Shown piece by piece: positions 31,135 through 42,946 of a DNA stretch of 64,000 nucleotides. Below the pieces are notes generated by a model. The model was given only the letters and a program-made list of their open reading frames with translations. It was not told the DNA's origin and made no database searches. Each line of letters starts with the position of its first letter. Position 1 is the first letter of the stretch. The position numbers were made by a program, and so were the translations under genes. The DNA comes from Vulcanimicrobiota bacterium (GTDB taxonomy: Bacteria > Vulcanimicrobiota > Vulcanimicrobiia > Vulcanimicrobiales > Vulcanimicrobiaceae), in NCBI GenBank assembly GCA_963786105.1, contig CAWAXX010000001.1, positions 57,473-121,472 of the forward strand, given 5' to 3'.

Positions 31135-31764
31135 ATGAAATCTCGTTGGATTGCCGCGGTCGTCGCCGCCGGTATGCTCGTCGCCGCCGCCCCCGTGACC
31201 GCCGCCGAGACGTGGCTCCCGCAAGTCACCGACGCGCCGTCGCGGTTTTCCGGCCCGGGCGTCTACACGGGCAAGCCCGCGTTAGCCGTCACGCTCTCGA
31301 TGGTGATGGCCGGTGGTGGCCCCAGCGACTTTGCCACCTTGACCCTGGTGAAGGTGCTCGCCGGCGACAAGACCGATGCTGAGGTCGCCGCCCTCAAGCA
31401 GAAGTTCGGCGATCAGAAGGTCACCAACTTTGTGACGATCTTTCCGTTCGTGGTCAGCGACTCGCTCAAGATCGCGAAGGCGAAGGGCGTCGCCCTGCCG
31501 TCGGCGCCAAACCCCGATCCCAGCAACGGTGAAGCGCTCGCCGGAGCCCTGTGGGCTGCCGGCCAAACCGGCCACGGCTTCAACGTCGAAGTGATGCTCG
31601 ACCGCGCCGTTTCGCACCCGATTCACGAGCAAGTCATGACCGACATCGACGCCAAATACGGCCTGGCGGCCGACGCGGACTACCACGCGGTGCTTAACCA
31701 AGCCATGCACGACTTGGCGACGGTCTACCACTTCAACGCGATGGGCAAGCCCTCGTCAATGTAA
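31135..31764 (+). CDS. Secreted hypothetical protein
   Basis: GGAGG RBS, signal peptide, coherent 209-aa ORF followed by a hairpin. Confidence 0.7.
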   Translation: MKSRWIAAVVAAGMLVAAAPVTAAETWLPQVTDAPSRFSGPGVYTGKPALAVTLSMVMAGGGPSDFATLTLVKVLAGDKTDAEVAALKQKFGDQKVTNFVTIFPFVVSDSLKIAKAKGVALPSAPNPDPSNGEALAGALWAAGQTGHGFNVEVMLDRAVSHPIHEQVMTDIDAKYGLAADADYHAVLNQAMHDLATVYHFNAMGKPSSM

Positions 31765-31805
31765 CGGCTAGCGGCGCCAACCGCGGATTCGCGCGGATTC
31801 GCCAT

Positions 31806-31847
31806 AAAAAGCAGGAGGGTGACGCAATCGCGCCACCCTCTTTCTGC
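31806..31847. terminator. Hairpin between convergent genes, probable terminator
   Basis: AAAAA-GCAGGAGGGTG...CACCCTCTTTCTGC. Confidence 0.5.
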
Positions 31848-31954
31848 TATTCGAGCCGGCCGCAGAACTAACGCTGCGTCCGGCTACTCCACCTCCGACG
31901 GCAAGGGTGATAGCTGCTCACCGTTCCTCGCCCGGAGATGCCGATTCTACCGGA

Positions 31955-32362
31955 TTACCCGGGCGAAGACAATATGCTGGTTCCCAGGAGCCAAAAACAC
32001 AGCACGGCGAGCGTCCAGTTGACGGCATGGGCCGTCCAGCATACCGGGCAAGGGCGGCGGGTGATGAAGAGGAGCGAATAGGCGAGGTACAGCGAGGTCA
32101 GGGCCGCAAACGCGACGGCGGCCAGCAGCGCGACCTTCGCGGCCGGCGATCGCGCCGCCCAGATTGCAATGGCCACGGCGGGGTAGTAGATCGCGCCGAG
32201 CAAAGCGTTTGAGACGCCGCCGTACAGGCGCGCCCGCGGCGTTTCGACGACGCTCGGTTCGGCGAGCCGGCCGGCCTGGGCTCGCCGCGTCTTGGCAAGC
32301 ATGAAAAGCGCGGTGGAGAGACCAACACCGCAGAGTAACGTGACTATCGTCTTCGGCAACAT
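31955..32362 (-). CDS. Vitamin K epoxide reductase (VKOR) family protein
   Basis: About 4 TM segments, ARLYGGVSNALLG, CPVCW active-site motif. Confidence 0.75.
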   Translation of the reverse strand: MLPKTIVTLLCGVGLSTALFMLAKTRRAQAGRLAEPSVVETPRARLYGGVSNALLGAIYYPAVAIAIWAARSPAAKVALLAAVAFAALTSLYLAYSLLFITRRPCPVCWTAHAVNWTLAVLCFWLLGTSILSSPG

Positions 32363-32374
32363 GCTCGTCTCGGC

Positions 32375-33025
32375 TTGACTCAGTTCTATCGGCGCTCTGC
32401 TGGTTTTGGGTTGCTGGTCGCGTCGTTCGCCCTGGCCTTCTTCGTGATCCGCTATCAGCCACAGGTCGAGCACGAAATCCGGACGCTGGGACCGTTGGCG
32501 TACCCTCTGGCGATTGGGGTGTTCGCGATCGTCGCCTCGGCGCCGTTTTCGGTGACCGATGCCCTGGCCATCATGAACGGCGCGATCTTCGGGCCATTGA
32601 AGGGCTCGATCGTCGACGCCATCGGCCTCGTGCTCGCCGCGATGATCGGCTATTGGGTGAACCAGCGAGCGTCGAAACTGCTCGACCTGCACGAATACCT
32701 GCAGCGCCTGCCGGCCTGGGTGAAGCGTTTTCCGGTGGGCTCTCCGGCGTTTCTGATTGCCGTCCGCGTCATCCCCGGCTTCGGCGGAACGGTTGCTACC
32801 GCGAGCGCGGCGGCGTTTAAGGTACCGCTGTGGGTGCACGTGTGGACCATGTGCGCGATCGCCGTTCCCATCTGCACGGTGTTGACGATTTTCGGCGACC
32901 GCGTAACCGTTTTCGTGCACGGCGTGACGAATCGCTACGAGTACCGCTTCCACCATTACTGTCAGACACATCGGTGTCCGCACTTCCGCTTTCGCCGCGC
33001 CGAAAGCCCGACGCCGGCGCCATGA
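32375..33025 (+). CDS. VTT/TVP38 (DedA superfamily) membrane protein
   Basis: Hydrophobic; GAIFG, RVIPG motifs. Confidence 0.75.
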   Translation: MTQFYRRSAGFGLLVASFALAFFVIRYQPQVEHEIRTLGPLAYPLAIGVFAIVASAPFSVTDALAIMNGAIFGPLKGSIVDAIGLVLAAMIGYWVNQRASKLLDLHEYLQRLPAWVKRFPVGSPAFLIAVRVIPGFGGTVATASAAAFKVPLWVHVWTMCAIAVPICTVLTIFGDRVTVFVHGVTNRYEYRFHHYCQTHRCPHFRFRRAESPTPAP

Positions 33026-34192
33026 CCGCGCCGACGATCGTCAACGACGCGCGCGGGCTCGATCGGCTACGCGCGCGCGTGAGCGCCGCCGAACGCGTCG
33101 CCCTCGATACCGAGTTTCATGCCGAACGCAGCTACGCGCCGCGGCTGATGGTCGTCCAGATCGCATTCGACGACGGGGCGGCGATCGTCGATCCACTGGC
33201 CGTGCGCGATTTGAGCCCGTTGCTCGAAGCGCTGGCGGAGACGACGGTCGTCGGGCACGCGCTTGCTTCAGACTTAAAGATCTTCGCCGACCGTTTCGGA
33301 GCGGTACCGGCGCGCGTCTTCGACACGCAAATTGCGGCCGCGTTTCTCGGCTATGGAATGCAAATCTCCCTGGCCGATCTGGTCCGCGATATTCAGCACG
33401 TGCGGTTGGCGAAATCGCAGACGGTCAGCGATTGGTCGGCGCGACCCTTCTCCGAGCGGCAGCTCGAATATCTCGTCGACGACGTCGCACACTTGCTGCC
33501 GATGTACGACGTCTTGTGCCGGCGTCTGGAAAGCAAGGGCCGTTACGGGTGGGCTCTCGAGGAATGTGCCGAACTCGGCGATCTGGCCCGCTATCGCGTC
33601 GACGAGCGGCGCGCGTATTTGAGAATTCCCGGCGCGATGCGCATGAATCGCCGGGAGCTCGGCATTCTCAACGAGGTGGTGAGACTGCGCGATCGCATCG
33701 CGCGCGAGCGAGACTTTCCGCCGAAGTACGTGCTGCCAGACGACGTCGTCGGCGGCCTCGCCGCGCTGCGGCCCAAACAGCTCGAAGACCTATCGCAGCT
33801 GCGCCGGCTGGATGCGGGCGCGCGGCGCCAACTCGGCGACGCGATTTTGGAGGCCGTCGCGCGAGGGGAAGCGCTCGACGAGACCGACCTTCCGGAGAAG
33901 CCTAAACGCCCGCTCGGCGCCTCTCGCGACACGCTGGTGGCATACTTGGGCGTAGCCGCCGGCGAGATCGCGCGAATCTCGGATCTTCCGACGAATCTCT
34001 TAGTGCCGCGCGCCACGCTGGAGCGTGTCGTACGCGAGCTGCCGCGCGACCGCGATAGCTTCGAAAGGACGCTCGCACTCCAACCGTGGCGGCTCGAGCT
34101 GGTCGGCGAGCCCTTATGGCGTCTGCTGTCGGGTCAAGCCGGCCTCGTCATCGAAGGCTACGCCGACGGTGACCCGAAAATACAATTATCCC

Positions 34193-34212
<20 letters not shown>
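33022..34212 (+). CDS. rnd: Ribonuclease D (3'-5' exonuclease plus HRDC)
   Basis: ALDTEF, FDTQIAA, SDWSARP, YLVDDV, C-terminal HRDC-like region. Confidence 0.9.
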
Positions 34213-36931
<2,719 letters not shown>

Positions 36932-36933
36932 GA

Positions 36934-37518
36934 CTAGGGAGGAGTCGCCGTCGGGCCCGGCGTTGCCGTGTCGCTCACGACGATAACGTCTCGCATGTTG
37001 TCGGATTGATAGTGATAGGCGCACCCGATCAAATAGATACCCTTGACGAGTGTGACGGTCACGGATTTTCCGGGCTTGATCGTGCCGCTGCGGTACCCGG
37101 CGACGAGCTTCGTTCCCCCACTTGGCGAGAACCCAAGTGTTGGATTTTGCGGAAAGTTTGCGGGGGGAGCGGTGATTTTCTTGATGACGTTGAGCGTGTG
37201 GTCTTCAGGGAACTTTGAAATATTGGTGATCTTGAATTGCGTTCCCGGCGGGAAACCTAGTATCTGGGAATAGTGAGTCTGCGTGAAACCGGCGATGTCG
37301 GCGTGCCAGTGCTGGGAAAACTTATGTCCGATCTGATCCGGATACCCGGCACCGATCGTCTTGGCCGGAAGCAGGGCGGTGATCGCTAGGTCGCCATCCA
37401 GCGGCGGAAGTTGGACGGATTGCGGTTGTCCGCCCGCGCCGTACCGGGTTCCGCCACAAGCAATAAGGGCGCCGACAGCAACCAACGCGAAAAATGGCTG
37501 GGTAACGTTTTTTACCAT
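36934..37518 (-). CDS. Cupredoxin (blue copper) domain lipoprotein
   Basis: LIAC lipobox; HTLN...YLIGCAYHYQSDNM type-1 Cu ligand pattern; AGGAGG RBS. Confidence 0.75.
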   Translation of the reverse strand: MVKNVTQPFFALVAVGALIACGGTRYGAGGQPQSVQLPPLDGDLAITALLPAKTIGAGYPDQIGHKFSQHWHADIAGFTQTHYSQILGFPPGTQFKITNISKFPEDHTLNVIKKITAPPANFPQNPTLGFSPSGGTKLVAGYRSGTIKPGKSVTVTLVKGIYLIGCAYHYQSDNMRDVIVVSDTATPGPTATPP

Positions 37519-37615
37519 ACGATCCTCCTGCGTTTTGGCGACCGTCAAAGAATGTCGCGTGCGCATGAAAAAAGTCTGAAGCGGTGGGTCTTGCCGCTCG
37601 GAGCGACGCCAGAAT

Positions 37616-39199
37616 TTAGAGTGCGATGCGTTTGAAATCGCCGAGCACCGCGCTCACAAAGGAAAGGAAGCGGGCGGCACCGGCGCCGTCGACGACGCGA
37701 TGGTCGTAGCTGACGCTGATGGGAAGCATCAAACGCGGCACGAACTCGCGGCCGTTCCACATGGGCTTGGTGGATGCGCGAACCGCGCCGAGAATCGCAA
37801 CCTCGGGTGCGTTGACGATCTGCGTGAAGGCGGTGCCGCCGATCCCGCCGATCGAGGAAATCGTGAAGGTGCCGCCCTGCATGTCGCCGAGCGTGAGCTT
37901 TCCTTCGCGCGCTTTGCCCGCGAGCTCGGCAGTCTCGGAGGCGATCGCCAGCAGCCCCTTTGCATCGGCATTCTTCAAAACCGGAACGACCAGCCCGTTG
38001 GGGGTGTCGGCGGCAAACCCGATGTTGTAGTAACGCTTGTAGATCAACTCGTCGCCGTCGAGCGAGGCGTTGAATTCCGGAAAGCGTTGCAACGCCGCCG
38101 TCGACGCCCTCACGAGAAATGCCAGCATGGTGAGCTTGGCACCGTTGCCGCGTTTGCTTTGCTCGGCGTTGATCTGGTTGCGAAACGCTTCGAGGTCGGT
38201 GATGTCGGCCTCGTCGTAGTTCGTAATGTGCGGAATCGACAGCCAGTTGCGGTGCAGGTTCGGGCCCGAGAGCTTCTTGATGCGGCCGAGTGGTTTGCGC
38301 TCGATCGTACCGTATTGCGCGAAATCGACCTTCGGCCACGGCGGCAAGCCGCCGCCGATCGCCGTGCCGCTCGCTTCGGCCGTGCCGCCGCGCCGCAATG
38401 CGGCTTTGACGAAGTTTTGCACGTCGTCGCGGGTGATGCGCCCGCGCGGACCCGTTCCGTCGAGGGCGGCGAGCTGCACGCCGAGTTCGCGCGCAAAGCG
38501 CCGAATCGCCGGGCTCGCATGCACGATGCCGGCGACTTGCTCGACCGGTACGGGTGCCCGCGCGGCTGGCGCCACCGCTGCTTCGTCCGGTGCGGTTGGC
38601 GCGACCGCTGCTTCGGCCCGTGCGGGTTGCGTTCCGGCCGCGGCCTCGAGCGTCGCGATGACGGTCCCTTGCGAAACCTTGTCGCCGGCTTTCACCGCCA
38701 CGGTGGCGATCGTTCCCGAAGCCGAAGCGGGAACTTCCATCGAGGCTTTCTCGCTCTCGAGCACGACGAGCGGCGCTTCCTTTGCGATCGTTTGACCGGG
38801 CTTGACGAGAACTTCGACGACCGGTACGTCTTTGAAGTCGCCGATGTCGGGCACGACGAGATCGACCCGTCCCTCGACGGCACTCGCTCCGCTCGCTCCA
38901 CTCGGGATAACATGTTCGATCGTGTGCGGTTCGACCGCTGTGGGCGGAGCGCCGTCCGATGCGCCGCTCAACGTCACGAGCAGCGTGCCCTGCGATACGC
39001 GGTCTCCGACGCGCACTTTTACGTCCTGCACTGTGCCCGCTTCGCTCGACGGCACTTCCATCGAAGCCTTGTCGCTCTCGAGAACGACTAGCGGCGCTTC
39101 CTTCGCAACCGTCTGCCCGGACGTCACCAGCACTTCGACGATCGGCACATCCTTGAAATCGCCGATGTCGGGAACGCGAACGTCGATCGTCTCGCTCAC
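37616..39199 (-). CDS. aceF: Pyruvate dehydrogenase E2 (two lipoyl domains)
   Basis: Two lipoyl domains (ESDKASMEVP, ESEKASMEVP), HASPAIRRFARELG, SYDHRVVDGA. Confidence 0.96.
   Translation of the reverse strand: MSETIDVRVPDIGDFKDVPIVEVLVTSGQTVAKEAPLVVLESDKASMEVPSSEAGTVQDVKVRVGDRVSQGTLLVTLSGASDGAPPTAVEPHTIEHVIPSGASGASAVEGRVDLVVPDIGDFKDVPVVEVLVKPGQTIAKEAPLVVLESEKASMEVPASASGTIATVAVKAGDKVSQGTVIATLEAAAGTQPARAEAAVAPTAPDEAAVAPAARAPVPVEQVAGIVHASPAIRRFARELGVQLAALDGTGPRGRITRDDVQNFVKAALRRGGTAEASGTAIGGGLPPWPKVDFAQYGTIERKPLGRIKKLSGPNLHRNWLSIPHITNYDEADITDLEAFRNQINAEQSKRGNGAKLTMLAFLVRASTAALQRFPEFNASLDGDELIYKRYYNIGFAADTPNGLVVPVLKNADAKGLLAIASETAELAGKAREGKLTLGDMQGGTFTISSIGGIGGTAFTQIVNAPEVAILGAVRASTKPMWNGREFVPRLMLPISVSYDHRVVDGAGAARFLSFVSAVLGDFKRIAL
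38869..38912 (-). repeat. REP-like repeat inserted in-frame in the aceF linker
   Basis: Minus strand TGTTATCCCGAGTGGAGCGAGCGGAGCGAGTGCCGTCGAGGGAC, sharing both ends with the copy at 55140. Confidence 0.7.
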
Positions 39200-39211
39200 T
39201 GCTAACGATTC

Positions 39212-41878
39212 TTACACGGTTACCGGGTTGGGCTTATTCGGATCGATCCGATACTTCGCGAGCGCCTTTCCGACGTTCGCAACCGGAACGAGACCGTCTT
39301 CGGCGAGCGCTTTGAGGGCTGCAACCACGACGAAGTAGCGGCTGACTTCGAAGAACTCGCGCAGTTTGCGCCGATAGTCGCTGCGCCCGTATCCGTCGGT
39401 TCCGAGCGTTGCGTAGCGCCGCCCGACGAACGGGCGAATCTGCTCGGCAAACGTGTGAATGTAATCGGTCGCGGCGACCCCGGGGCCGGGACGGTCGCCC
39501 AGCGATTCCTCGACGAACGAACGACGCGGCGGTTCTTGCGGATGCAGGAGGCTCCAGCGCCGGGCCGCCACGCCGTCGCGCTGCAACTCGTTGAAGCTCG
39601 TGACGCTCCAAACGTCGCTGCGAACTTTCCACTCGTTTTCCAAGAGGTCGGCCGCGGCCAGCACCTCCTGCAAAATCGCCCCCGAGCCAAAGAGCTGTAC
39701 GCGCGGCTCGTCTTTTTTGCCGACTTTGCCGGCGTCGCGAAGCAGGTACATTCCACGCAGAATCCCGTCGCGAACGCCGTCCGGCATCGCCGGATGCGGA
39801 TAGTTCTCGTTCAGCAGCGTAATGTAGTAGTAGACGTCTTCTTGATCGGTGAGCATGCGCCGCAGACCGTCTTGGATGATGGCGGCCACTTCGTAACCGT
39901 AGGTCGGATCGTAGCTTCGGCAATTGGGAATGAACGAAGCCGCAACCTGGCTGCTGCCGTCCTCGTGCTGAAGGCCTTCGCCGTTGAGCGTGGTCCTGCC
40001 CGACGTGGCGCCGAGCAGAAAACCGCGCGTGCGGCTGTCGCCTCCGGCCCACGCCAGATCGCCGATCCGCTGAAATCCGAACATCGAGTAGAAGATGTAA
40101 AACGGAATCATCGGCAAGTCGTGATTTGAGTACGACGTTCCAGCGGCAATCCACGACGAAAACGCTCCGGCTTCGTTGATGCCTTCTTGCAATATCTGCC
40201 CGAGCTTGTCTTCACGGTACCACATGAGCTGCTCGGCGTCTTGCGGATGGTAGAGTTGGCCGACCGACGAGTAGATGCCCAGTTGGCGGAACATCCCTTC
40301 CATGCCGAACGTGCGCGATTCGTCGGCGACGATCGGAACGACGCGGGCGCCGACATGCTGATCGCGGACGATCGTGTTGAGAATGCGTACGAACGCCATA
40401 GTCGTCGAAATCTCGCGATCGCCGGTTCCTGCCAGTTGCGCTTCGAACGCCGAGAGCTCCGGAACGGCCAGCGACGCCGACGTGCGCCGCCGCTGCGGAA
40501 CGCGACCCAGCGCTTTGACGCGCTCGCCCAAGTATCGCAGCTCCGGACTATCTTCAGCCGGCTTGTAAAACGGGATCTTCTCGATCTCCGCATCGGTGAC
40601 CGGAATGCTGAAGCGATCGCGAAACGCGCGCATCGCTTCAACTTCCATCTTCTTGGCTTGGTGCGCGATGTTGCGAGCCTCGCCGGCCGCCCCCATGCCG
40701 TAACCCTTGATCGTCTTCGCCAGAATGACGGTCGGCCGGCCGCGGTGTTCGACGGCACTCTTGTATGCGGCGTACACCTTGGTCGAGTCGTGGCCGCCTC
40801 GCTGCAGCGCCCAGATTTCGTCGTCGCTCCAGTCGGCGACCAACGCCGCCGTTTCGGGATAACGGCCGAAAAACTCGTCGCGAACGTACTTGCCGTCCCG
40901 CGATTTGAACGTCTGGTAGTCACCGTCGACACATTCGGTCATCAGCTGGACCAGGCGCCCGTTGGTATCGGCGTGCAGCAACGGATCCCAGCGGCTGCCC
41001 CAGATCACCTTGATGACGTTCCAGCCGGCGCCCTTAAAGACGCGCTCGAGCTCTTGAATGATTTTTCCGTTGCCGCGCACCGGACCGTCGAGTCGCTGAA
41101 GGTTGCAGTTGATGACCCAAATGAGATTGTCGAGTCTCTCGCGCCCGGCTAGGGATATGGCGCCCAGCGATTCGGGTTCGTCCATCTCTCCGTCGCCGTG
41201 AAACGCCCATACTTTGCGATCTTGTGCATCGATCAATGCTCGGTCGTGAAGATAGCGCATGAAACGCGCCTGATAGATCGACATAATCGGCCCCAGACCC
41301 ATCGAAACGGTTGGGAACTGCCAGAAGTCCGGCATCAGCCATGGGTGCGGATACGAGGAGAGGCCTTTCCCGTCGACTTCTTGACGAAAGTGCTCCAGCT
41401 GCTCGTGGGTGATCCGGCCTTCCAGGAACGCGCGTGCGTAAAACCCTGGCGCGGAGTGTCCCTGCAAGAAGACGAGGTCGCCGCCGAACGACGCCGACGG
41501 GGCGCGAAAGAAATGATTGAATCCGACGTCGTACAGGGTGGCGGCCGACGCGAAGCTCGCAACGTGTCCGCCGAGTTCCGAGCTGACTTTGTTGGCGCGC
41601 AAGACCATTGCCAGCGCATTCCAGCGCACGTAGTGACGCAGACGGCCTTCCAACACGCGGTCGCCGGGCATCGGTGCTTGCTGCGCAACGGGTATGGTAT
41701 TGACGTACGGCGTTTCGAGTCCGAGCGACACGTGCGCGCCGCCGCGTTGCGCTTCATCGACGAGCCGTCCGATCAACTCGCGGGCTCGATCGGGGCCCTC
41801 GGTCGCGAGCACGCCCCGCATGGCCTCGAGCCACTCTTGGGTTTCTTGCGGATCCGGATCCTGGACGGACGTCGTCAT
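39212..41878 (-). CDS. aceE: Pyruvate dehydrogenase E1, homodimeric type
   Basis: DPDPQETQEW, SSYPHP, GDGEMDEPES, EGLQH, LGTDGYGRSD. Confidence 0.98.
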   Translation of the reverse strand: MTTSVQDPDPQETQEWLEAMRGVLATEGPDRARELIGRLVDEAQRGGAHVSLGLETPYVNTIPVAQQAPMPGDRVLEGRLRHYVRWNALAMVLRANKVSSELGGHVASFASAATLYDVGFNHFFRAPSASFGGDLVFLQGHSAPGFYARAFLEGRITHEQLEHFRQEVDGKGLSSYPHPWLMPDFWQFPTVSMGLGPIMSIYQARFMRYLHDRALIDAQDRKVWAFHGDGEMDEPESLGAISLAGRERLDNLIWVINCNLQRLDGPVRGNGKIIQELERVFKGAGWNVIKVIWGSRWDPLLHADTNGRLVQLMTECVDGDYQTFKSRDGKYVRDEFFGRYPETAALVADWSDDEIWALQRGGHDSTKVYAAYKSAVEHRGRPTVILAKTIKGYGMGAAGEARNIAHQAKKMEVEAMRAFRDRFSIPVTDAEIEKIPFYKPAEDSPELRYLGERVKALGRVPQRRRTSASLAVPELSAFEAQLAGTGDREISTTMAFVRILNTIVRDQHVGARVVPIVADESRTFGMEGMFRQLGIYSSVGQLYHPQDAEQLMWYREDKLGQILQEGINEAGAFSSWIAAGTSYSNHDLPMIPFYIFYSMFGFQRIGDLAWAGGDSRTRGFLLGATSGRTTLNGEGLQHEDGSSQVAASFIPNCRSYDPTYGYEVAAIIQDGLRRMLTDQEDVYYYITLLNENYPHPAMPDGVRDGILRGMYLLRDAGKVGKKDEPRVQLFGSGAILQEVLAAADLLENEWKVRSDVWSVTSFNELQRDGVAARRWSLLHPQEPPRRSFVEESLGDRPGPGVAATDYIHTFAEQIRPFVGRRYATLGTDGYGRSDYRRKLREFFEVSRYFVVVAALKALAEDGLVPVANVGKALAKYRIDPNKPNPVTV

Positions 41879-41960
41879 AGGTTCGGCAGCATTCCGCGCT
41901 ACGGGACAATCCCTTGCGTGCGGAGTGGTCCAATCGCCGCTTTGGTCGCGGCCAATCGGA

Positions 41961-42848
41961 CTATAACGCTTCCTCCACGACCTCCGGTGTGCGGTCTTCG
42001 CGCAGCACGACCGCGATCGACGCGAGCAGCAACGCACCCCCGGCAAATGCCGCCGGCGACAGACCCTCGCCGAACACGGCCAATGCTAAGATGGCCGCCG
42101 CGACCGGTTCGATGAGATTGGTGAACGAGACCGCGCTCGGCGAAAACCATCGCAGGCTCGCATTAATGGCCGTATGACCGAGAAGCTGCGAAATCAGGGC
42201 CATCGCAACGATTCCGCCCCACGCCGTCACGTCAGTCACCGGTGGGGGAGGCTGGTGTGCGATCGCCGCGGCGGCAGCGAGAACGACGGCCGCCCAGGTA
42301 TACGTGCGGGTGACGATGGTTCGCGTGTCGAGCGTACCGCGCGCGTCGCGTACGATGATGAGATAGGCAGCCATCGCGAGGCTGCCCAGGACGGCAAGCA
42401 CGGCACCGAGCAGCGCGTGTTCCGGAACGGGCGGCGGCGTACGGTTGAAGCCGACGACCGCAAGCACGCCGGCGCCGCCGCCGGCGTAAGCCAACGAAGC
42501 CAGCCACGAAAGCGGCCGGCGGTGCACGATCGCGTCGTATAGCGCCGTCCAAATCGGCGTCGTCGCCACCAGCAGCGTCGAGGTGGCCACGGTGGTGTAT
42601 TCGAGCGACGCGATCCATCCGCCAAAATGCACCGCCAGCGCGACGCCGGCGGCGGCCAGCCGTACGGCTTGGGCGCGCGTGGTGGTAGTCGGCGAACGTT
42701 TCCGCGCGCGAAATGCCGCGATGACGAGCAGAACGACGGCGGCTACGCACAAGCGAGAGGCGGCGACCGCCAGCGGAGCCGCGCCCTCCAGCGCAAACCG
42801 TGCAAAAATAGCGGCCGCGCCGACGGCCAGTTGCGCGCCACCCAGCAA
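41961..42848 (-). CDS. DMT/EamA-family transporter
   Basis: About 10 TM segments; HFGGWIASLEYT, QLLGHT, EPV. Confidence 0.88.
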   Translation of the reverse strand: MLGGAQLAVGAAAIFARFALEGAAPLAVAASRLCVAAVVLLVIAAFRARKRSPTTTTRAQAVRLAAAGVALAVHFGGWIASLEYTTVATSTLLVATTPIWTALYDAIVHRRPLSWLASLAYAGGGAGVLAVVGFNRTPPPVPEHALLGAVLAVLGSLAMAAYLIIVRDARGTLDTRTIVTRTYTWAAVVLAAAAAIAHQPPPPVTDVTAWGGIVAMALISQLLGHTAINASLRWFSPSAVSFTNLIEPVAAAILALAVFGEGLSPAAFAGGALLLASIAVVLREDRTPEVVEEAL

Positions 42849-42946
42849 AAGGTACGGACCGAAAAGAGTTTGCGGTTTCGTAGCGTTTCAGCGTGGAGAA
42901 AAAGTAAGGCGACCGGATTCTTGCACCGGTCGCCTATTCCCCCACG

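Noticed and set aside
38660..39190. Direct DNA repeat of about 200 bp in aceF
   Set aside because: Explained by the two lipoyl domains.
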